Positions 1 through 10,411 of a stretch of DNA of 64,000 nucleotides are shown in pieces. The notes below the pieces were generated by a model that did no database searches, was not told where the DNA came from, and was given only the letters and a program-made list of their open reading frames with translations. The DNA is from Antedon mediterranea (taxonomy: Eukaryota > Animalia > Echinodermata): positions 19,366,101 through 19,430,100 of the forward strand of contig NC_092677.1 in NCBI RefSeq assembly GCF_964355755.1. The letters are read 5' to 3'. Position 1 is the stretch's first letter; every line of letters starts with the position of its first letter. The translations under genes were made by a program, and so were the position numbers.

Positions 1-909
1 AAATCAATAAATATTCCGATGGTATTTTTTTTCTTATCAAGCGCATCGGTTATTCGTTCAATCAGATCTATAACGGCCATAAAAGTAGAACTGTTTTTTC
101 TGAAACCATATTGTGCATTATTAAGGATGTTAAACTTTGTGATATAATTATTTACTCTAATTTGAACAATTTTTTCAAGAATTTTTGAAGCGGTAGGCAG
201 AATAGAGATCGGCCTATAATTACTGACGTCACTTTTATTGCCAGATTTAAAAATTGGAACTACTCTAGCTACTTTCATACTATCAGGGACCATGCCTGTC
301 TCAAGAGAGAGGTTAAAGATATGTACAAGAGGAGATGCCACAGCAGCAATAATATGTTTTAGAATGCGATTACTTAAGTTATCAACACCTTCTGAATTTG
401 AATTTTTGATTTGACTAACTATTTCAATGACCTCTTCTTCATTCGTAGGATTGAAAAATATGGATTGGGATTGACTCTCTTTCATATATTGTTTAAAGTC
501 AGAATTGTTTACATTTGGTATTTTGTTTGCTAATTCATTTCCAATGTTGGAGAAGAAGTCATTAAAAGCGTCAGACATACCTTTTGGATCACATACCAAA
601 GTTTTATTACTATGGTTAATTACCTCATTTGGCTTAACACTCGATTTTTTTCTATTTAGAACTTCATTTAAAACTTTCCATGTTTGCTTTGAATCGTGTC
701 GAGCTGCATCCAGTTTTTTGGAATAATATTGTTTTTTCCGAATTCTAATTAAATGAGTTAATTTATTTTTGTACTTTTTATATATATTTTTTAATAATTG
801 TGTTGGGTTTTTAAGGTATTTTTTATAAAGTTTATTTTTCTTTTTTATTGAAATCAAAATTCCTGTTGTGATCCATGGTTTTTTCTTTGTATTACCATTT
901 GGCTTATTA
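1..909 (-). mobile_element. LINE (CR1/L2-like) ORF2 fragment, pre-RT and RT N-terminal region, runs off window start
   Basis: Minus-strand translation reads KPWITTGILISIKKKNKLYKKYLK...NYRPISILPTASKILEKIV...AQYGFRKNSSTFMAVIDLIERITDALDKKKNTIGIFID, canonical non-LTR RT motifs. Confidence 0.9.
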
Positions 910-1077
910 CTAGTAGTAGGTAGGCATATGGCATTGTTGCTCTTTCCATGCCCAACTATGCCCAACGTGGCGTGTGACATTCTTCACCAACACCCGATAC
1001 CCCAAATGCATTGATCTCTTTTTGCAGATTAAGTCTTGGTCTCTTTTTGCAGCTTGAATCCAGTCCATAATATCCAT
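910..1077 (-). CDS. Short orphan ORF (MDIMDWIQAAKRDQDL...), possibly truncated at LINE junction
   Basis: 55-aa ORF preceded by a polypyrimidine-AG acceptor-like sequence (ttcgtttgtag); stop coincides with LINE boundary; no firm homology. Confidence 0.25.
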   Translation of the reverse strand: MDIMDWIQAAKRDQDLICKKRSMHLGYRVLVKNVTRHVGHSWAWKEQQCHMPTYY

Positions 1078-3317
1078 ATTCTGGGCTCCTACAAACGAAA
1101 ACATAATCAGATGAACAGAATTAATATTATTAAACAAAGAAATAGGCATAAACTCTTTGAATCTACTCTAAACAAAATACTAGTATCCAGTTGAATTGAC
1201 GGTATTGGCGCCTCTTATGATGGCAAAATATAACAAGTACACGACACGTGGTTGGAGGAGTTGGGGGAGAGAGAGATAGTGCAAGAGCATTAGGGTTTGA
1301 CCCGGAAATTTCTGGTAACAAGCTAATTTGTTCAGGAAAGGTCCAGAACTATGATTGGAACATCAAACTAAAAGTCCTGAAAAATCCTCCTTGTGCTCTC
1401 CGAGAAATCCAAGATGGCGTCCAAAATGGCTGCCATTTTAAATAGTCAATAAGTTTGTAACCGCTTGTCGTGGAGTATTGATTTTGATGTCAAATAGGTC
1501 ACGATATATACATTCCTAATTGCTCTAACAGAAAATTTTGTAAAAAATGGTCGCTACTGCATTTTCTGGCATTTGACCTTTGACCTGGCCTTATCATATC
1601 TCGGTAATGGCTTATCATAGAGAATTGGGATTAGGCCCAACATGCATATTTTTATTTGGTGTAATGAAATATTTTATCCCAAAATGACCGGAAGTGAGGT
1701 TATTGACCTCTTATTGACCTATTCATATATCTTTTACCGTATCTCAAGAAATATTTATCGTATAGCGTTACTTTTTGTGTCAAATTGTTTGGAACAATAC
1801 ATTTCTATTTATTCTAATACAAAAGTTTGCCCTAAAATGCTCGGAAGTAAGTTAAATTATTGAAAATTTAAAAAATCAAAGAGCTGCATAGGCAAAGTAT
1901 ATGAATACTGTAGATAAAATCAAAATCAAAGTTTTAACTTTAAAAAATGTTTTGGGCATAGCACGTCATCAGGTAAAGTGAATTGTTACAAAAAGAAAAT
2001 ATCAATCAAATCAATAACTTACAAAGAATAACTGTCAGTGGCTAATCACAGTTGGTTAATTAAACAAAAAATGTGGTTATTCCACAACAAACGTTACATT
2101 TTATTGGGTAGTTAAAGAGTGTTTTGTTGTTTACAACAATAACCTTGAGGGTAAATATTTTACTGTTAGGGTAAATATTTTACTGTTAGGGTATGAACTA
2201 TACTAGACAGGAAAACACCAAAATAATCATTTATTTAACTTCGATAGAACAAAGAATATCGGTAACACTTGTTACAAAAAACGGACATGACCAAAAAAAA
2301 AGGGACACGTAAATTCTCATACTAGTTATGGTTGAAAAGTTGTTGCTACAAAATGTCACCCATATGGAGATGTCATGAATACATTTTAAATGCTTTTTTC
2401 GTCTTTAACTCGTGTTCGCAAATTAGTGCTTTTGTTGAAATCGTCGTTATTTTTATTATTTTATTATAGAAATTACGATAATTATTTTTGTTCATAGAAG
2501 TATAACTTTTATGTAATTTGGGAAATGTATAGACTTTATGATACTGTGAGAATGAAATGTTCAGGTCATATACATTTCGCATGAAAATGCATTGCATTGG
2601 CAAACACTACAGCATATGATATACTCCGGATTGTCAAAAACAAATGTTAAAGACCATGTTATTAGTAAAAATAATGCATTTTGAAACATGAAACCAGGTC
2701 CTTGTTTTAAAAAAAGATAATGCACTCTTGAATGTTCTCTAACTGGCAAGCCTAGACTTTAACTTTTTAACTGTTTAAAGATGAAAACAAATTACCGTCA
2801 TAACCGTGTTTTGGGCAAACATGCAACAACACCCATACAGATGAACATGATGATAATGATGTGAAAGAAGAAACAAACACCAAGATGTTGAAGATGCAAC
2901 ATCAGATGCTGAATGACTGTAACAGAATGCTGCTGATCAACGTTACAGTGATTTAAAGACCCTTATTTTGCATATTTTCAATATATAATAAATCCTATAT
3001 AGGTCATATGGCGATCATTTTTTCATCTTTAAACAGTTATATGTAACTGGCAGAGCGCTCACTGCCCGTGTCTTTCAATCTATTTTTCACGGATTTCCAC
3101 AATTGTCAGATAAAATCTGAATCTGAAAAAAGGTCTATGCATGCCGGGTAAAGGGTGTTTGATGCGAAATACCTAGGGTACATTCTCTTTTTATCATAAA
3201 TAAACCATATAACGAACATTTAAAACAAGGAATGTTTCAAAATGCATTATTTTTGCAAAGTCAACAAGGCCATATACATGGCTGCAAGCGCGTGCGCAAA
3301 TTTGAGTTATTGTTTAC

Positions 3318-3612
3318 TGACCGAGCGACATACCGATCGAAATTGCTGAAAATGTTTGAAAATGTTAATAAATTTGTATATTTGCCTCCAAGTATTAATA
3401 TCCACTGTCAAAATAACGAAAAAATATGAATATGAGTTAGTGTTTACCTACTGACCAACCGACCAAAATTTTTGAAAATGTTAAAAAATGTTGAAAAATG
3501 TTAAAGAACATTAATATTTGCCTCCAAGTATTAATATCCAATGTCAAAATAACGAAAAAATATGAATATGAGTTAATGTTTACCGACCGACATCGTGAGC
3601 TATAGAGTCGCG
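3318..3612 (+). repeat. Tandem ~130-bp duplication ending in a Helentron/HINE-like 3' motif
   Basis: Two copies of ...atttgcctccaagtattaatatcca.tgtcaaaataacgaaaaaatatgaatatgagtta..., ending gaccgacatcgtgagctatagagtcgcgt. Confidence 0.5.
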
Positions 3613-3917
3613 TTTAAAAATCTAATCTAAAAATTGCATATAAAGGGTCTTTTGACATTTGTTTTTGACAATCCGGATATGTGCTGTGTACTTTTGTTTA
3701 CTTAACTAACTTTGATTAGCCACTGACAGTTGTTCTTTGTAATTTATTGACTTTATATTTTCTTTTTGTAACAATTCACTTTACCTGATGATGTGCTATG
3801 CCAAAAACATGTTTTAAGGCAGAGTTAAAATTTTGATTTTATCTACAGTATTCATATACTCCACCTATGCAGCTCTTTGATTTTTTAATTGTTCAATAAA
3901 TTAACATACCTCCGAGC

Positions 3918-4991
3918 GGGTGTCACGAAACCTAAGACCACGAAAGCTAAGACCCCTAAGACCTAAGATCACGAAAGCTAAGATCCAAGACCTAAGATTG
4001 CAAATTCTAAGATATACTACAGCTTAAAAACAATACTTGTTTATCCATACATAATTTTAAACACAGTAGGTTTCATTTATTACCATAAATATAATTTAAT
4101 ACTACAAAACTCACATTATTTTCGATCGTTGAGTACGTAAATGTATATTTTTTCTTTACAACAAACAAACTTGATGGGTTGTTTGTTGGTATATATTTAC
4201 TCCATTGTGTTGGTTCAGAGGATGTTTTTCTTACGCACCTGCCTTTCTTGTATTTTGACTCCAAATTTGTTGACTAACTTTATCCTGAATACCACACTTT
4301 AAAATTAGGACTTATAAGTACTTTCAGAAGGAGAAACACATAATAACAAATAAATAAATCCTTTAAATTGATGATTTTACAGACGTGTTTCTTTGTATAC
4401 TGTAATGTAACTCCTCGAGCTCCCCATGCTCAATGTTTTTGTTTCTATGGAGCGCCAAAAGAGCAACAATAATAGTACAAGTATAAAAACAGAAAGAAAA
4501 CGAAACAAAAAAACTTATCATGATTTTTAAATTAAAATTTATTTGCCAGTATTTATTTCTTCGTACTTGCATGATTATACTATTATCATTACAATTTTAA
4601 TTTTACATTGTTCCATCCACACTGTAGATGGACTCCACAGAGTTTTCAGCCCTCTATATAATTTTTGCTCTTTTGACGTTCCATAGAAACAAAAACATTG
4701 AACATGGGGTAGGCCTACAACTGTACTGTAGGCTAGTCATTTTGTGTGCGAGAAAAACGTCTGTAAAATCATAAATTTAAAAATGTATTTGTTACTTTTT
4801 ATGTGATTCTTTTTCATGAAAGTGCAAATTCTAAGGTGTGGTATTCAGAATAAATGTTGGGAGTTAAAATACAAGGCAGGTGCGAAAGATAAATATTTGT
4901 AATCTTAGTAGGCCTTGCTTGGGTCTTAGCTTTCGTGATCTTAGGTCTTAGGGGGGTCTTAGCTTTCGTGGTCTTAGGTTTCGTGACACCC
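3918..4991. mobile_element. MITE family A copy 1 (GGGTG termini, 10-bp TSD, Mutator-like)
   Basis: TIR gggtgtcacgaaacctaagacc / ggtcttaggtttcgtgacaccc with subterminal taagacc repeats; flanks acctccgagc / acttccgagc; near-identical copy at 14434-15391. Confidence 0.9.
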
Positions 4992-6398
4992 ACTTCCGAG
5001 CATTTTAGGGCAAACTGTTGTATTAGACTAAATAGAAATATGTATATGTATACGTATATGTTCCAAACAATTTGACATAAAAAGTTACGCACTACGACAA
5101 ATATTTCTTGAGATACGGTAAAAGATATTTGAATAGGTCAATAAGAGGTCAATAACCTCACTTCCGGTCATTTTGGGATAAAATATTTTATTACACCAAA
5201 TATAAATATAATTTGGGCCTAATCCCGATTCTCTATGACAAATAGGAATGTATATAATGTAAACTATTTGACACCAAAATCAATACTCTATGACAAGCGG
5301 TTACAAAGTTATAGACTAATTAAAATGGCAGCCATTTTGGACACCATCTTGGATTTCTCGGAGAGCACACATATATATATATATCACGTTTTAAGCAGCA
5401 TCACACTCTATGAAAAACAACACATTTTAACCATGAGGTGTAGATAAAATGCAAATAAAATGTGTTGGTTTTTAAAAGTGATCATAAGTACACTTTTTAC
5501 AAAATATACGAACAACATTGAGGAAAAATAAATCTCGGTAGATAAACGTGTAGAAAAAAAGTTACAATATTTATAAAAACCAAAGTAGTTTTAAGAATAT
5601 CTAATGGCAATAACCTGCACGTAAAAAAATTTCAATTTTTGGCTCCGGTTGAAGGTCTTGTTTTCTGTTAAAATGTGTTAAGTGTCAAGAAATACAATTG
5701 GTAACCAAAACGTCTTTCTGTATTCGATAATTATGATTTCTCTGAGTATTTTTTTTTCTTTGCAATTTTGATAAAAGTAATATAAAATACTATACAGATA
5801 TCGGTCATTTCTCACGATTGAATTCATAATTTTATTTACAATACCACTTAAAGTAAAAATATCGTAGATGTATATGGTCTTTATTGTAATAATATTAATC
5901 ACACATATTTAGATAAATCATTGATACATGTACGAAAATATGTGCTATTATTAGTGTTATTATAACGGCTTTTTTGTTTTTGTTTTGTTTAATCTACCAG
6001 TCCGTTTCAAACGTTACGGCACATCATTTAAATGTACCTATTACTCTTGAAATGACGATTAAAACGCTTTAAAGAAAAACTTACACACTTATTAAAAACA
6101 TTTAAAAAAATGTATTTAACAATTAGAAATACATTACAAGTTACTTTTAAGAAATTATTCGTAAGTTAATCATTATCGACACAATGACAAACAATCACAT
6201 GATTATTAACGATCAATGGAATTAGGCCTAGATCTAAGTGAATTAACTTCAATACAATAATACAACCATTTGTAGGAATATCATTACAAAAATAATTCAA
6301 CTGGTACTACTAACTAAATGAGAACAGATCATGAACAGTTGATATTCTTGAGACCTGCAATCACTATTAAAGACTGTAATGTTTGCGTAACATTTCTC

Positions 6399-7454
6399 TC
6401 ATCTTTTAATATCTCTAAACGTGAGATTTATTCTTGGTAGCTTGATGGATTGATTTTTAGACAGTGAATGGTACCAGTACTCATTAGTGGGATAATTCAT
6501 CATTAATAATGTACCGTGTTTAAGATCAACAGTTACTGGCTCAATGATTCTTTTGGGACCTTACCTCGCGCATCACCATTTCGAAATCTAAACATACGTG
6601 TTTGCCCCAATGATACAGAGGCGATTGGACTAAAGTGATTCATGTCTTTCTCATCATCTTTGTGTTCGCCAATGTAATCACTTCCAGTAGCATATCTATA
6701 GAGTAACGATAAATACAATAGAAAATAAAATATTTTAAGATGAGACTAAAAAAATCCAATTATCCATTAAAACAATCTTATCTAGCAAATTGCAGAAATT
6801 ATCCAGTATGAATACTGATAGTGTTCATTCGTTGTAGAGGTAAACGATGGACCATTTTAATCAATAAAAAACAATAAATAAATAAAATAATAAACAAGAA
6901 TATTTACCGGTTGACCAAAACAAAATTGAAGTAATGTCCTGTAACCGATTTTAAAAGATCGCGGAGATCTTTCAGTAATGGTGGCCACGGTAAAGCTGGT
7001 ACTGTATTGCCTGAATATTTGTAAGTTAAGCCCGAATCGCCAAACGAAACCTGCAGAGGGGAAACCATACAAAGAAAGTCATTTATTATTTGGCGAGATG
7101 TAAATAAAGAAAAACAAAGGAAACGATATACAAGTAATTAACAAGTCATTAATACAAAACCACGGATAAACACATAATGGAACTAACCTGTTTTCTAGGA
7201 ATATTAAACCACTTTCCGTACACTTTCACCTTTGCAAGATCACCGGTAAAATAGTCAATCTCTTCCTCACATTTTTTAAACAATGTATCGGCTGCTCCTT
7301 TATCAAGAAGTTGAAGGTAATCACAGTCTAAATTTTCCCCTATTATCTTTTGCACCGATAACTTATCAGGGGGTAGCAATTGATGTTCTGAATTGAATAA
7401 ACGTCCTCCATTATCGTTTTTGTCAACACCATCTTCAACTAGCCGCATTATCAT
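6399..7454 (-). pseudogene. ALKBH2: ALKBH2-like 2OG-Fe(II) dioxygenase, three exons (7454-7188, 7050-6908, 6695-6399), 1-bp frameshift in last exon
   Basis: Spliced translation via GT-AG introns: GENLDCDY...KVYGKWFNIPRKQ|VSFGDSGLTYKYSG...FNFVLVNR|YATGSDYIGEHKDDE...IASVSLGQTR...[missing A at 6551-6554]...LKHGTLLMMNYPTNEYWYHSL...PRINLTFR; HxD..H triad and RxxxxxR motif present. Confidence 0.9.
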
Positions 7455-7854
7455 TACCAACCTCCTCAATCATCTTTTGTATTTCACCATGTTTTTCAAT
7501 TATCTTGAACCACTGACTCTTTGGAAGGTTTACACCTTTTTGACCGGGTTTAAACTTGCTTCCTTCTTTAGACTGATAATAGCGGCGAATACACACAAAT
7601 TGTTCTTCTTTCCAGTTACTAACTACCACATGAAGTATGTCCGAAAGTGGGATTCTTACTGCCTCCACCATGTTAATGTCTCTTTGTAAGTCTTCCAGTG
7701 ACTGGAGAATTAAATCGATATTGTTAAAAAGTTTTTGCCACAGCAGAACGGGTAAATTAACACCTAGAGGTCCAGGTTTGAAGGCACCATATTCTTCCAT
7801 TATTATAACTGTATCTACACAACTCCCTTGCGAAAAATGTATACTTCCAGACAT
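7435..7854 (-). CDS. Tandem PC4/Sub1-like ssDNA-binding domain ORF overlapping the ALKBH2 start
   Basis: IPLSDILHVVVSNWKEEQFVCIRRYY...FKPGQKGVNLPKSQWFKI matches the PC4 pattern (V..F.G...VDIREY...PGKKGISL...QW); a second partial copy FKPGPLGVNLPVLLWQKL lies upstream. Confidence 0.75.
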   Translation of the reverse strand: MSGSIHFSQGSCVDTVIIMEEYGAFKPGPLGVNLPVLLWQKLFNNIDLILQSLEDLQRDINMVEAVRIPLSDILHVVVSNWKEEQFVCIRRYYQSKEGSKFKPGQKGVNLPKSQWFKIIEKHGEIQKMIEEVGNDNAAS

Positions 7855-7959
7855 AGTGAAATACTGTAAAGAGATACTCTACGCAAAAATAGACAAAACA
7901 ACTGGAAAAGTAAAAGAATAATCGAGTCACTTTCTTACACCTTCTTAAATCATAAATAA

Positions 7960-8005
7960 AGTAATGACGTCACTCACCACGTACCAGAACCTCGCGCCGA
8001 AAATT
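7960..8005 (-). promoter_or_regulatory. Putative promoter motifs (CRE TGACGTCA, E2F-like TTTTCGGCGCG) upstream of PC4-ALKBH2 cassette
   Basis: tgacgtca at ~7965-7972 and cgcgccgaaaa at ~7993-8003 in otherwise AT-rich DNA ~110-150 bp upstream of the PC4 ATG. Confidence 0.3.
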
Positions 8006-9819
8006 AATAATTAAAATTGACCATCAAAAATAATAACAAAGGTCAGAACGGAAATCCGAAATAATTAGATTAATTAATCTCCAACAAAGAAAAAAATAAT
8101 AATTAGGTTAAAAAACAAGGAAATACCGAATTATGAACCATTGCAAAACACCATCAAAATATAAATAAATATATTAATAAATAACACCCCTAAACAAAGA
8201 AAGACCTTCATTAATTAAGAATAATTTAATTATTACAAAACCAGGAAAAGAATGACCTTCATTAATGAAGAATAATTTAATTATTACAATAACAGGAAAT
8301 TTAAAAATTAACTTAATTTATTAATTATGAAAACACTCCAAGGTCAACATTGGGCTGGTCTCCCTTATGTTCTAATTTTACTATTTTGTTATTTTTTTTT
8401 AAATTTTCGTTTGTTTTATTTGTTTGCGATTTGTTCAGTGGTGAATATGGCACACTTATAAATGAACAAATTGCTTTAATGATATACCTGAAATTAATAA
8501 GATGACATTAAACATACAAATATACAATTTAAATTAACCACACAACGTAAATGTTCTTGATTGATTTATTTTGTTAACGGTGTTCAATGCTTAAAGTGTA
8601 TTTCCTGGCTTATTTTGACCACCATCCATATTTTTATTTATAAATGTCTCTTTAAGAAAAATTTTTTCTGGAAAAATATTATGAAATAGACAAACAACAA
8701 ACAAGGCGTCTCAGCCTCTATTATTTATATCAAAATATTCTAGCGGGGCGGATCCAGGGGCAGCAATTATTGCTTTGAGCTACCCTTTTTGAAAGCTAAG
8801 ATATATATTGAGTTCATATTTTCTTAAGACACAACGCCTTACAATGTTTAAATCACTGCTGCACAAAAGAGAACGCCCACCATGGTCAGACAATTCCATA
8901 AATTCATTATGGTTATGGACATGTCATCGTCAAATTACTGTATTATTGCGCGAATCAAGCAACACCCGCGCACAAGCCACCGCATACCGCTCCCACTAAC
9001 CTCACCAACTTTTACTGACCCCCACTTGGAAAATCGTTCCAAAGCCGCTGCTATTCAATGCTGCATTTCAATCTTACACCGGCCATTGTGGACAACAGGG
9101 GAGGTTGCGTAGTTACGTGACGTACTTTTATTACTGTTATTTTTTGTTTTTTAAGTGTTTATCCTTAAAATTCAGGAAAGTGCTATAGCCTATCATGCGG
9201 TCCATCAAGAAACACAGTGTGCCAAATATGAGCACTTACCATTTAGCGGTTTCGGAGAAAAAATTACGCGACTAATTTAGTAGCATTAATAATAATAATA
9301 GATATGAATACAATTTATTTACAAACTTTTAAACATTAGAAACAAATACAAATCTTTTTATGGAGTCACAGAGGTACAAAATGAGGTGCATAAATTATGC
9401 TATTTTAAAAAAAAGTTTTATTAACGATTTTGGGCCAAAACAGAGATGTCTTTTATAAACATCATTGGAACAAGAAATGTACTAATTGATTGTATACCGT
9501 ACGTACCTTTGCAGCATTTATTTATAAACAAAATAATGTAGTGGCAGAGGCTAAAATCACAAGGAATTCTATTCAAAATGAATATGATATTCTCTATAAA
9601 AGAGAGAAATGAAAAACAAATGAGAAAATATAAATAATAGCATTTTATCAATTTAAAAATGTTGATTTTGAAATAAGTGTATGATAGAACAAGTTTAAAA
9701 ATGTCTTTATGACGATCGGTAAAAATGTTATTGCTGTACGGTAAACATAGCTTTTGATTTGTATAGTTTACATTTACTTATATGTATTTGAGGCCTAATT
9801 CTCTTTTTACAAAAGATGC

Positions 9820-10000
9820 CAAATGTGATGCAATCAACAGCCAAAATGTTTGCCGATGACACAAACAATATAGAGAAATATTAAATCACCTAGTGATTGT
9901 AATATCTTAACGCCTTGCACTTGCAGCATGATCATCTCTTTTGGTTACCGTATTCAATTCCAACTATAATGTGCTGTTGTTCTAAGATTCCATTTTCTTA
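9820..10000 (+). mobile_element. Degenerate CR1-like LINE RT fragment
   Basis: caa tca aca gcc aaa atg ttt gcc gat gac aca = QSTAKMFADDT, followed by frameshifted sequence. Confidence 0.65.
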
Positions 10001-10411
10001 AATGAAGTGCCAGTGCAAAATGACAACTATTTCCAATAACATGAAACCTGCAAAATTACACGTACGTACAAGAAATTTGCAAACGACAAATGAACGAATT
10101 TGGAATCGATGATCAAAAGATGTTTTAATTTTCATTTTTCCCCCGTGAATTGATTTATGTTTACCGTTAACATTCATTGACAATGTTGACATTCAAATGC
10201 ATATATAAACCAACTGTATGTTTATACAGTACTCACCACTCACTACCCAGATTTATTCAGGAAGGGGTTGGGGAGACGTCTTATTATGATACCTCACAAA
10301 AACAGTGTAGTTTCAGATGGAATCATACAGTGACATCATTGTCTATAGACTAGGCCTACATCGTATGACAAAATTAACATCGATCACAATTCCTTCTTTG
10401 GTACAGTAGTA

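Larger units (their letters stand above)
1291..5369. mobile_element. Non-autonomous long-TIR (foldback) DNA transposon, Academ-like
   Basis: 1392-~1990 is the reverse complement of ~3760-3917 + 4992-5369; left end starts TAGGG; carries aaaatggc(t/g)gccatttt motifs also seen next to the Academ XPG remnant at 28 kb; right terminus truncated at an (AT)n run. Confidence 0.65.

Noticed and set aside
908-925. Polinton AGTAGT terminus or Helitron CTAG 3' end at the LINE junction
   Set aside because: No matching second TIR/6-bp TSD and no convincing subterminal hairpin; short motif likely chance
8741-9053. Small hAT-like MITE (ggggcggatccagggg start)
   Set aside because: TIRs too degenerate and TSD ambiguous
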